Below, piece after piece: positions 24,494-32,000 of a stretch of DNA of 32,000 nucleotides (position 1 is the stretch's first letter; each line of letters starts with the position of its first letter). Under the pieces are notes generated by a model. The model ran no database searches and was not told the DNA's origin. It saw nothing but the letters and a program-made list of their open reading frames with translations. The translations under genes were made by a program, and so were the position numbers. Source of the DNA: Mycolicibacterium smegmatis (lineage in GTDB: Bacteria > Actinomycetota > Actinomycetes > Mycobacteriales > Mycobacteriaceae); NCBI RefSeq assembly GCF_001457595.1, contig NZ_LN831039.1, positions 6,270,001-6,302,000 on the forward strand. Reading direction: 5' to 3'.

Positions 24494-25641
24494 CGACGCG
24501 GGCGCGTCAGCCGGTGCAGCACCCACGCCACCGGGATCGTCGCCGCCAGCGTCGCCGCGAACAGCCCGGCCGCCCACCCGGTGTAGACGTGCCAGCCCAG
24601 CACGAACTCCATGACCAGGTCCATCACCACCACGTGCAGGAGGAAGATCTCGTAGGAGATCTCGCCCAGCCACACCATGGGCCTGCTCGCCATCACGCGC
24701 GCGTAGAACCCGGTGGACCCCAGCGCGAGCGGCGCCACCATCAGCGTGGCGATCACCGCGTAGAACATCGTCTTGGTGATGTCCTCACCCAGCGTCAGCG
24801 TGAACGCCGTCGTCGTTCCCGCGATCGGCGTCGACACCACCAGGTAACCCGCCACGGCGACCGGCAGCACCGCGGCGGCGTGGCACCGCACGCCCATGGT
24901 GGCCAGCACCGCGAGCATCATGCCGCCGATGAACCACACCAGATAGTGCGGCAGCCACGCGCCTGCGCTCACCGGCAGCCGCCCGGCGTGCGACGCGACC
25001 AGCCACAACGGGCTGACCGCGCCGAGCACCGCCAGCCCGCCGAGTAGCCGCCACGGCCGGAAGTGCCTGCGGCACAACACCACCAGCAGCACGTACGCCA
25101 GCAGCGGCAGGGCCGCGTAGAACGTCACCTCGACCGCGAGGCTCCACATCTGCGTCAGCCCCTGATGCAGATAGCTGGTGTAGTAGTCGCCGCGGTAGAT
25201 CTGCGTGAGCGTCAGGTGGCGCCACAGCCCGGTCCAGGTGTGCCCCGGGTTCGGTTCGACGCTGCGCAGTTCGTAGATGCCGAACACCAGCAGCACCGTG
25301 ACCACATAGGCGGGCATGATGCGGCGGACCCGGCTGCGCGCATACCGTCGCACGCTCGGCGCCTGCGCACCGGTGGCCACGGCCCGCACCCACGGGCGGA
25401 ACAACAGCAGCCCGGACAGCACGAAGAAGATCGCGACGCCGATCTCCAGACGCGCACCGAGCAGTCCGACGTAGCCGTGCGTCAGCAGGCCGGTGCCGTA
25501 GGCCGCGTGCGTGCCCATCACCGTGAGCGCCGCGACGGCCCGCACGCCGGTCAGTGACGCGATGCGGTCGGCACGCGAAACCTGTTCGAGTCCCCCTTGG
25601 TCGGCCCCGTCGGTGGGGTCGGGGCCCGGCGCCGCTGCCAC
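24490..25641 (-). CDS. acyltransferase family 3 (OafA/NolL-like) integral membrane acyltransferase
   Basis: ORF 24490..25641(-). RIASLTGVRAVAALTVMGTH, FFVLSGLLL and about 10 TM helices. The GTG start at 25641 is uncertain, since downstream in-frame starts are possible. Confidence 0.82.
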   Translation of the reverse strand: MAAAPGPDPTDGADQGGLEQVSRADRIASLTGVRAVAALTVMGTHAAYGTGLLTHGYVGLLGARLEIGVAIFFVLSGLLLFRPWVRAVATGAQAPSVRRYARSRVRRIMPAYVVTVLLVFGIYELRSVEPNPGHTWTGLWRHLTLTQIYRGDYYTSYLHQGLTQMWSLAVEVTFYAALPLLAYVLLVVLCRRHFRPWRLLGGLAVLGAVSPLWLVASHAGRLPVSAGAWLPHYLVWFIGGMMLAVLATMGVRCHAAAVLPVAVAGYLVVSTPIAGTTTAFTLTLGEDITKTMFYAVIATLMVAPLALGSTGFYARVMASRPMVWLGEISYEIFLLHVVVMDLVMEFVLGWHVYTGWAAGLFAATLAATIPVAWVLHRLTRPRR

Positions 25642-25671
25642 CGCGTCAGTATGCGGCCCCGGGGGCGGGCA

Positions 25672-27333
25672 TCACTTCCCGGCCATCACCACGCGTTCGT
25701 TCGGCACACAGTGCGTCATCGTGAGCCCGGTGACGTCGCGCGGACCGTTCTTGCCGAGGTTCTGCCTGCGCTTCTCCTCGGCGTCCGAAAGGGTCTGCGA
25801 TTTCAGGGGTTCCAGGTCGCGCACGTCGTCGACCGTGATGCCGAGGCCTTCCCCGACGCGGAGGCCGAGTTCGTCGTCGCACATCAGGAAGTGCCAGACC
25901 ATGCGTTCCTGCACCTCGCGGGTGGCCTCGGAGATGTTGGTGACGAAGTTCTTCACCAGGTCGTCCTTCTCCCACTGGTCCATCAGCTGATAACGCTGAC
26001 CGGCCTGCTCGTAGTCGTTGGTACGTGGGATGCGCTTGCGGGTGATGCGTCCGCTGAACTCCGGCCCGTACTCGTCGGCCGTCGGCGCCTGCGCCTCCCG
26101 CAGACCGCCGGTGATCGACGGCTCGTAGTTGACGTGCGGGTTGGCGCCGTTGTTGTCGACGCCGTACTGCATGGGCCCACCCTGCTGATTGGTGGCGACC
26201 TTGGCGTTCTTGGGCCGGTTCACCGGCAGCTGCAGATAGTTGGGGCCCACCCGGTAGCGCTGGGTGTCCGAGTAGGAGAACGAGCGCCCGATCAGCATCT
26301 TGTCCTCGGAGAAGTCCATCCCGTCGACCAGCACGCCGGTGCCCATCGCCAGTTGCTCGTTGTCGTTGAAGAAGTTGTCGACGTTGCGGTTCAACACCAT
26401 CCGGCCGACCAGCTTGGGCGGGAAGTCGTTCTCGGGCCACACCTTGGTGTCGTCGAGCGGGTCCCAGTCCAGTTCGGGATGCTCGTCGTCGCTCATGATC
26501 TGCACGAGCAGTTCCCATTCCGGGTAGTCGCCGCGCTCGATGGCTTCGTAGAGATCCTTGGTGGCACTGCCGAGTTCGGTCGCCTGGATCGCCGCCGCAT
26601 CGTCCTCGGTGAGGCTCTTGACGCCCGCCTTGGGCATCCAGTGGTACTTGACCAGATGGGTCTGCCCCTCGGCGTTGACCCAGCGGTAGGTGTTGACGCC
26701 GAATCCCTGCATGGTCCGGTAATTGGCCGGGATGCCGCGCGGCGAGAACAGGTTGACCAGCATGTGCATGCACTCGGGCGTCTGCGACATGAAGTCGAAG
26801 ATGCGCGCGGGTTCCTGGTGGTGGGTGACCGGATCCGGCTTCAGCGAGTGGATGACGTCCGGGAACTTGATCGCGTCGCGGATGAAGAACACCGCCAGGT
26901 TGTTGCCCACCAGGTCCCAGTTGCCGTCCTCGGTGTAGAACTTGACCGCGAAACCGCGCGGATCACGCGCCACCTCCGACGAGTCGCGCCCCCCGATCAC
27001 CGTCGACAACCGGATCGCCAGATCGGTGCGCTTACCCGGGGTGTTGAACAGCTTGGCGCGGGTGTACCGCTCGATCGGTTCGTCGCCCCATTTGCCGGTG
27101 GCCTCGAAGTAACCGAAGGCCACCGCGCCGCGGGCGTGCACCACCCGCTCCGGGATGCGTTCCCGGTCGAAATGGCTCATCTTCTCCAGGAAGTGATAGT
27201 TCTCCATGGTCGCCGGGCCGCGGGCGCCGACGGACCGCTGGTTCTGGTTGTCGAAGATCGGGTGGCCCTGCCGATCGGTCAGCACATCACGGGTGTCGTC
27301 GGGATCGGGCGGTTGGGCGGAAACGTCGGTCAT
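25672..27333 (-). CDS. katA: monofunctional haem catalase
   Basis: ORF 25672..27333(-). AGGAGC lies 5 nt upstream of the ATG. Distal His [23 protein letters not shown], and proximal Tyr motif [12 protein letters not shown]. Confidence 0.95.
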   Translation of the reverse strand: MTDVSAQPPDPDDTRDVLTDRQGHPIFDNQNQRSVGARGPATMENYHFLEKMSHFDRERIPERVVHARGAVAFGYFEATGKWGDEPIERYTRAKLFNTPGKRTDLAIRLSTVIGGRDSSEVARDPRGFAVKFYTEDGNWDLVGNNLAVFFIRDAIKFPDVIHSLKPDPVTHHQEPARIFDFMSQTPECMHMLVNLFSPRGIPANYRTMQGFGVNTYRWVNAEGQTHLVKYHWMPKAGVKSLTEDDAAAIQATELGSATKDLYEAIERGDYPEWELLVQIMSDDEHPELDWDPLDDTKVWPENDFPPKLVGRMVLNRNVDNFFNDNEQLAMGTGVLVDGMDFSEDKMLIGRSFSYSDTQRYRVGPNYLQLPVNRPKNAKVATNQQGGPMQYGVDNNGANPHVNYEPSITGGLREAQAPTADEYGPEFSGRITRKRIPRTNDYEQAGQRYQLMDQWEKDDLVKNFVTNISEATREVQERMVWHFLMCDDELGLRVGEGLGITVDDVRDLEPLKSQTLSDAEEKRRQNLGKNGPRDVTGLTMTHCVPNERVVMAGK

Positions 27334-27404
27334 CTCAAGCTCCTATGCGTTCGGTGGAACACGCGAACTGCCGACTTCGCGCGCCCCGGGCCAACCCGCC
27401 GCGT

Positions 27405-27428
27405 TCCCCGCCACGCCGATGTTCAAAC
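27405..27428 (-). promoter_or_regulatory. imperfect SigF-like promoter (GTTT-N15-GGGGAA) upstream of katA
   Basis: The minus strand reads GTTTgaacatcggcgtggcGGGGAA. The -35 overlaps the stop codon of the upstream MBL gene. There is one mismatch in the -10 (GGGGA against GGGTA). It lies ~70 nt upstream of the katA ATG. Confidence 0.25.
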
Positions 27429-28229
27429 GGTGACCGACTCTCCTCTTCCCAGCTCGACCACGCGCTCACCCATCCCCCGCCGGGCCATTTCTTCGCGGAA
27501 ATCGCTCAGCGGCGACGCGAACACGCCGTAGTCGTCGAAGTGCACCGGGATCACCTTGCCGGGTTCGAGCAGTTCGGCCAGGTCGGCCCCTTGCCTGCCG
27601 TCCATCGTCACGGTCAGCCCGAACGGCAGGTGCCTGCCGAACGGCAACCGTGTGCCGCCGAGGTGCAGGATGCCCGCGTCGATCGAGGTGAACCGGGCCG
27701 GGATCTCGTCGAGTTCCTCGACGAACAGCGTGTCACCGGAGATGTAGAGCCTTCGTGTGGCGCCGCCTTCCGCGACCCCCTCGGTGACCTCGATCATCGA
27801 ACCCATCACGGGCGGCAGCACGCGGTGCACCGGCGCGGGGGCGTGCCTGCCGGGCAGCGAGGTCACCGTGACCGTGGTGGCGCCCTTGGTGATCGTGTGG
27901 GTCTGCCACGTCGTCATCGGCACCGTCGCCTCAAATCCGCGGTGGGACAGGCGCTTCGCGGCATTCGGTGTGGTGAGGATCGGCAGCGTGTGGTCCAGGC
28001 CGGCCTGGGCCACACGGTCCCAGTGGTCGCCGTGCATGTGCGAGAGCACCACGGCGTCGAGCGGCGGCAGCTCGTCGATCGAGTACGCCGGTTCCCGCAG
28101 CCGCTTGGACATCAGCCCGTACCCCAGGTAGGCGTGCTGGCCCTGGTGCAGGAAGTTCGGGTCGGTGAGCAGGGTGACGTCACCGGCCGAGATCAGCGTG
28201 GTGGCGTTGCCGACGAACGTGATGTCCAT
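27423..28229 (-). CDS. MBL-fold metallo-hydrolase
   Basis: ORF 27423..28229(-). SHMHGDHWD is the HxHxDH motif, and later His/Asp ligands (LPGRH, ISGD, HLGG) are present. Confidence 0.88.
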   Translation of the reverse strand: MDITFVGNATTLISAGDVTLLTDPNFLHQGQHAYLGYGLMSKRLREPAYSIDELPPLDAVVLSHMHGDHWDRVAQAGLDHTLPILTTPNAAKRLSHRGFEATVPMTTWQTHTITKGATTVTVTSLPGRHAPAPVHRVLPPVMGSMIEVTEGVAEGGATRRLYISGDTLFVEELDEIPARFTSIDAGILHLGGTRLPFGRHLPFGLTVTMDGRQGADLAELLEPGKVIPVHFDDYGVFASPLSDFREEMARRGMGERVVELGRGESVTV

Positions 28230-28292
28230 TGGCCCCGTCTACCCATCGGATTGGGGTTTATTCGCGATTCTGTTGCGCAAACGTCAGCGACG

Positions 28293-29777
28293 ATGTTGCA
28301 TCACGTTGTGGGCGAAGAGGTCAAACGCACCGAGTACACGCGGGCGCACCGCCAGGAGTACCGCCGCAAGGTGCAGCTGTGCCTCGACGTGTTCGAGACC
28401 ATGCTCAACCAGTCCAGCTTCGAGTTCGAGCGTCCGCTCACCGGCATGGAGATCGAGTGCAACCTCGTCGACCGCGACTACCAGCCGGCGCTGCGCAACC
28501 ACGAGGTGCTCAAGTCCATCGCCGATCCGGCCTACCAGACCGAATTGGGCGCTTACAACATCGAATTGAACGTGCCGCCGCGCCCGCTGCCGGGCCGCTC
28601 CGCGCTCGAGCTTGAGGACGAGGTCCGCGCGAGCCTCAACGCCGCCGAGGCCAAGGCGGCCGCGGAAGGCACCCACATCGTGATGATCGGGATCCTGCCG
28701 ACGCTTATGCCCGAACACCTTTCGGGCAGCTGGATGAGCGACTCGACCCGCTACCAGGCGCTCAACGACTCGATCTTCACCGCCCGCGGAGAGGACCTGG
28801 TGATCGACATATCCGGGCCCGAGCGGCTGAGTATCCAGGCCGCCTCGATCGCCCCCGAATCGGCATGCACCAGCATGCAGCTGCACCAGCAGGTGTCCCC
28901 CGCCGAGTTCGCGCAGTACTGGAACGCCGCGCAGGTGCTGGCCGGTCCGCAACTCGCGGTGGGCGCCAACTCGCCGTTCTTCTTCGGCCACCACCTGTGG
29001 GCCGAGACCCGCATCGAGTTGTTCACCCAGGCCACCGACACCCGGCCCGACGAACTCAAGACCCAGGGCGTGCGCCCTCGGGTGTGGTTCGGTGAACGCT
29101 GGATCACCTCGATCTTCGACCTGTTCGAGGAGAACGTCCGCTACTTCCCGTCCCTGCTGCCCGAGGTGTCCGACGAGGACCCGGCCGCCGAACTCGCCGC
29201 GGGCCGCACCCCCAAGCTCTCGGAGCTGCGCCTGCACAACGGCACCATCTACCGCTGGAACCGGCCCATCTACGACGTCGTGAACGGGATGCCGCACCTG
29301 CGCGTGGAGAACCGGGTGCTGCCGGCCGGCCCCACCGTGATCGACATGATGGCCAACGCGGCGTTCTACTATGGGCTGCTGCGCACCCTCTCCGAAGAGG
29401 ACCGGCCCATCTGGACCAAGATGAGTTTCGCTGCCGCGCAGCACAATTTCACCGCCGCCGCGCAGCACGGCATGGAGTCGCGGCTGTACTGGCCCGAGCT
29501 GGGCGAGGTGACACCCGACGAGCTGATCCTGCGTCAACTGCTGCCGCTGGCCCACGAGGGCCTGCGTCGCCGCGGGGTGGCGGGCGAGGTCTGCGACCGC
29601 TATCTCGGCGTGATCGAAGGCCGCGCCAAGACCGGGCAGACCGGTGCCGCGTGGCAGGTGTCGACGGTCCAGAGAATCCAGGAGAGCGGCAGGTCGCGGC
29701 CCGAGGCGCTGGCCGGGATGCTGCGCGAGTACGTCGAGCGCATGCACAGCAATGAGCCGGTCCACACCTGGGGGTGA
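28293..29777 (+). CDS. glutamate--cysteine ligase family 2 (GCS2 / carboxylate-amine ligase), long ~490-aa actinobacterial type
   Basis: C-terminal 494 codons of ORF 27345..29777, starting at ATG 28293. GMEIECNLVD, ELGAYNIELN, TSMQLHQQV, NSPFFFG and RVENRVLP are the GCS2 core motifs. The upstream 316 codons overlap the MBL gene antisense and are noise. Confidence 0.85.
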   Translation: MLHHVVGEEVKRTEYTRAHRQEYRRKVQLCLDVFETMLNQSSFEFERPLTGMEIECNLVDRDYQPALRNHEVLKSIADPAYQTELGAYNIELNVPPRPLPGRSALELEDEVRASLNAAEAKAAAEGTHIVMIGILPTLMPEHLSGSWMSDSTRYQALNDSIFTARGEDLVIDISGPERLSIQAASIAPESACTSMQLHQQVSPAEFAQYWNAAQVLAGPQLAVGANSPFFFGHHLWAETRIELFTQATDTRPDELKTQGVRPRVWFGERWITSIFDLFEENVRYFPSLLPEVSDEDPAAELAAGRTPKLSELRLHNGTIYRWNRPIYDVVNGMPHLRVENRVLPAGPTVIDMMANAAFYYGLLRTLSEEDRPIWTKMSFAAAQHNFTAAAQHGMESRLYWPELGEVTPDELILRQLLPLAHEGLRRRGVAGEVCDRYLGVIEGRAKTGQTGAAWQVSTVQRIQESGRSRPEALAGMLREYVERMHSNEPVHTWG

Positions 29778-29796
29778 AACGCGTACGTTGGGTGTC

Positions 29797-30468
29797 ATGA
29801 CATCACACGTGCTGGACTGGGATGGTGCCTACCGGGGGGATACGGGATTTCAGGGACCGCCGCCGTGGAACATCGGCGAGCCGCAGCCCGAGCTGGCGGC
29901 GCTGCACCGGGCCGGGAGATTCCGTAGCGACGTGCTCGATGCGGGGTGCGGTCATGCCGAGCTGTCATTGGCGCTGGCTGCCGACGGTTACACCGTCGTC
30001 GGCATGGATCTGAGCCCATCGGCGATCGCCGCAGCAAACCGCGCGGCCCAGGAGCGCAACCTCGCGACCGCGAGCTTCGTGCAGGGCGACATCACGTCGT
30101 TCACCGGTTACGACGGCCGGTTCAGCACCGTCATCGACTCGACGCTTTTCCACTCCCTGCCCGTCGAGGGCCGCGAGGGATACCTGCAGTCCATCCACCG
30201 GGCCTCGGCTCCCGGCGCGCGCTACTTCGTTCTCGTGTTCGCCAAGGGCGCGTTCCCCGCGGACCTCGAGGTCAAGCCCAACGAGGTGACCGAAGAAGAG
30301 CTGCGGACCACGGTCGGCAAGTACTGGGTGGTCGACGACATCCGGCCCGCGTTCATCCACGCCAACGCCGTCGTCTTCCCCGACGCGCCAGAACTGCCGC
30401 CCCACGGCTACGACGACAAGGGCCGCATCATGTTCCCGGCGTTCCTGTTGGAAGCGCACCGCGACTAG
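29797..30468 (+). CDS. class I SAM-dependent methyltransferase (TPMT/TehB-like size and motifs)
   Basis: C-terminal 223 codons of ORF 29644..30468. ATG 29797 lies 19 nt after the GCS2 stop. Motif I VLDAGCGHAE, post-I VVGMDLS, then FVQGDI and FSTVIDSTLFH. Confidence 0.85.
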   Translation: MTSHVLDWDGAYRGDTGFQGPPPWNIGEPQPELAALHRAGRFRSDVLDAGCGHAELSLALAADGYTVVGMDLSPSAIAAANRAAQERNLATASFVQGDITSFTGYDGRFSTVIDSTLFHSLPVEGREGYLQSIHRASAPGARYFVLVFAKGAFPADLEVKPNEVTEEELRTTVGKYWVVDDIRPAFIHANAVVFPDAPELPPHGYDDKGRIMFPAFLLEAHRD

Positions 30469-30494
30469 TTCGTCCCCCGGCTCGACCGTGCACT

Positions 30495-30529
30495 GAGGGC
30501 GAGATTTCGGCTGAGATCCCGCCCTCTTT
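30495..30529 (+). terminator. intrinsic terminator after the methyltransferase gene
   Basis: GAGGGCG (30495-30501) pairs with CGCCCTC (30520-30526), with partial inner pairing, followed by TTTG. Confidence 0.55.
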
Positions 30530-30560
30530 GCACGCTCGATGTGCCTGAATGCACGCTCGA
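30529..30560 (+). repeat. exact 11-bp direct repeat TGCACGCTCGA x2 with 21-bp periodicity
   Basis: Copies lie at 30529-30539 and 30550-30560. Interleaved GCAC/GTGC inverted tetramers are also present. The repeat is in the 205-bp intergenic region upstream of the 30674 methyltransferase. Confidence 0.9.
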
Positions 30561-30673
30561 CGCACAGACCCTCCCCTACCCGAACGGGCAGTGCCAACCC
30601 CACCCGGCCGTCACTCGATTGCGACCATTCGGGGCGCGCGCTGACATGTTGCCGGCGAATAGCGTTCCGCTAC

Positions 30674-31555
30674 ATGGACGTTGCCGTTCTCGGTCCTGCG
30701 CTTCTGGACCCGTTCGCGCCTGCGCCGCAGGGAATCTGGAGCGGCAATGGCGTGCGGGTGCAGAGGCGTCGCGGGCCGCATCGCGTGCACGCCGCGGTGT
30801 GCACTCCACGGTTCTGCGCGCACCGCGAAGGCGACGCGTTGACGGTCGAGCACGATCTGACCCCTGACGAACTGTCCGACGAACTGGCAGTGCTGCTCAC
30901 CGAGGAACTCGGCGCCACCGGCGTTCTGCACGGCCAACCGGATTTCGAGTCGGTGTTCACCGGCGTCGTGCGTTCCACCGTCGACGGTGGCATGCAGGCG
31001 TGGCTGCGGTTCTACCGGAACTCGCTGCACGCGCTGGAATCCGGCACCGCGGCGTTCGCCCCGATCCATCAGCACGCGACAGAACTGATCATCGGGCGAC
31101 GCGTGCTCGATCTCGGCTCGTGCTTCGGGTTCTTCCCGCTACGTCTGAGCCGCAACGGATTCGACGCCACGGCAACCGATCTGAGCGCACCGACCATGAA
31201 CCTGCTGGCGCGGGTGAGCCCGAAGCTGCACCGGCCGGTTCGCACCGTCACATGCGACGCCGCGGGGGTACCGCTGCCCGACGCGGTCGCCGACACCGTG
31301 ACCGCGCTGCACCTGCTGGAGCATCTGGACCCCGACGCCGGCGACGCCGTGCTCGCCGAGGCATTGCGCCTGGCACGGCGCCGCGTGATCGTCGCGGTGC
31401 CGTTCGAGGACGAACCCCAGGTCTGCTACGGGCACGTCCGCAGATTCGACACCGAAGCGCTTCAGCGCATCGCCGAGAAGATCACCCGCACGCACCCCGT
31501 CACCGCGTCGGTCGGCGAGCACCACGGCGGCTGGCTGGTACTGGACCGTTACTAG
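30674..31555 (+). CDS. class I SAM-dependent methyltransferase with ~135-aa N-terminal extension
   Basis: C-terminal 293 codons of ORF 30539..31555, starting at ATG 30674 (TAGCGT 8 nt upstream, no SD). Motif I VLDLGSCFG, post-I ATATDLS, then VTALHLLEHL. No family is recognised for the N-terminal domain. Confidence 0.8.
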   Translation: MDVAVLGPALLDPFAPAPQGIWSGNGVRVQRRRGPHRVHAAVCTPRFCAHREGDALTVEHDLTPDELSDELAVLLTEELGATGVLHGQPDFESVFTGVVRSTVDGGMQAWLRFYRNSLHALESGTAAFAPIHQHATELIIGRRVLDLGSCFGFFPLRLSRNGFDATATDLSAPTMNLLARVSPKLHRPVRTVTCDAAGVPLPDAVADTVTALHLLEHLDPDAGDAVLAEALRLARRRVIVAVPFEDEPQVCYGHVRRFDTEALQRIAEKITRTHPVTASVGEHHGGWLVLDRY

Positions 31556-32000
31556 ATCAACCCGCGCTTGCTCGCCGCGTACACGGCCTCGGCTCGGCGG
31601 CTCACGTCGAGCTTGCGCATGATGTTGCTGACGTGAAACTTCGCGGTGGTCGCGGAGATGAACAGCTTTTCGCCGATCTTGTTGTTGGACAACCCGGCTG
31701 CCAGCAGTCGCAGCACCTCGATCTCGCGGTCGGTGAGCTGCTCGCGGGGTTCGGTGCGCCCGCTCAGCGACCGCACGACGGCCGCGGCGCTGCGGGAGTC
31801 GAAGGCACTGTCACCGGAGGAGATCGCGCGGATCGCCCGCACCAGTTCGGTCGTGTCGACATCTTTGACGACGCAGCCGCGGGCGCCGGCGTGCACGGCG
31901 CGCACCACGAGGTCCTCATCGAGGAACGTGGTGAGCACCAGCAGGCCGAGGTTGGGATGGGCCGCGGAGAGCTTGGCGCACAACGACAGACCCTCGAAGT
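31552..32000 (-). CDS. NarL/FixJ (LuxR-type HTH) response regulator, N-terminus beyond the window
   Basis: ORF 31552..31983(-) continues in frame to the window edge. GerE HTH: LTDREIEVLRLLAAGLSNNKIGEKLFISATTAKFHVSNIMRKL. The preceding LLVLTTFLDEDLVVRAVHAGARGCVVKD is the end of a receiver domain. Confidence 0.88.
   Translation of the reverse strand, partial: FEGLSLCAKLSAAHPNLGLLVLTTFLDEDLVVRAVHAGARGCVVKDVDTTELVRAIRAISSGDSAFDSRSAAAVVRSLSGRTEPREQLTDREIEVLRLLAAGLSNNKIGEKLFISATTAKFHVSNIMRKLDVSRRAEAVYAASKRGLI

Noticed and set aside
25597-27531. 644-aa ORF on the plus strand, and the 375-aa ORF 25646..26773 on the minus strand
   Set aside because: The first is antisense to katA and the second is an alternative frame of katA. 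Neither has motifs, whereas the 25672..27333 frame has every catalase signature.
28239-28244. GGGTAG (minus strand) 10 nt upstream of the MBL-hydrolase ATG as a SigF -10
   Set aside because: There is no GTTT-like -35 at 15-17 nt (the region reads catcggattggggttt), so a -10-like pentamer alone is insufficient.
28284-29798. 504-aa ORF on the minus strand
   Set aside because: It is antisense to the GCS2 ligase gene, and its low-complexity composition rich in Arg, Gly, Val and His is typical of high-GC mirror ORFs.
30469-31560. DosR/DevR-type box (TTSGGGACTWWAGTCCCSAA-like palindrome) near the NarL-type response regulator
   Set aside because: I scanned by eye the intergenic regions at 30469-30673, 28230-28292 and 27334-27422. 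No GGGAC...GTCCC palindrome is present.

Overview
High-GC (roughly two-thirds G+C by eye) actinobacterial chromosomal DNA. Gene content and order match the mycobacterial core block that I recall as syntenic with M. tuberculosis Rv3683-Rv3696c: metallophosphoesterase, cysteine-synthase-like enzyme, tRNA-Pro, the moxR2 cluster and glpK. Extra genes are interspersed in a way typical of a fast-growing Mycolicibacterium (M. smegmatis-like). That organism call is recollection and cannot be verified without a search.

I call about 38 protein-coding genes, of which 3 are short and low-confidence. I also call one tRNA-Pro(CGG), three to four intrinsic terminators, and several promoter or operator candidates. 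I saw no rRNA, CRISPR array, transposase, integrase, phage gene or recognisable defence gene, and composition is uniform apart from short AT-richer intergenic patches.

Main themes:
1. A peroxide-handling cluster with a stand-alone three-helix protein, a roughly 220-aa catalase-related mini-protein, a short acidic ORF, a hemerythrin and a Mn-catalase. The hemerythrin and Mn-catalase genes each sit behind a GTTT-N15-GGGTAT (SigF-type) promoter, and a separate haem catalase lies 17 kb downstream.
2. A tightly translationally coupled TM-protein/DUF4129/DUF4350/MoxR/DUF58 operon facing a SpoIIM-like/RDD divergent pair. It is widely conserved but functionally unassigned.
3. Regulator-linked units: TetR+MFS, and carotenoid oxygenase divergent from tandem PadR genes plus a membrane protein.
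4. glpK, three SAM methyltransferases, an acyltransferase-3, an MBL hydrolase and a long GCS2-type ligase.

Most long ORFs in the track that lie antisense to these genes, or extend them upstream, are high-GC artefacts. I found no clear novel mobile or defence system. The best candidates for under-described biology are the MoxR membrane module, the mini catalase-related protein and the GCS2/methyltransferase pair. All start codons are inferred by eye and may be off.
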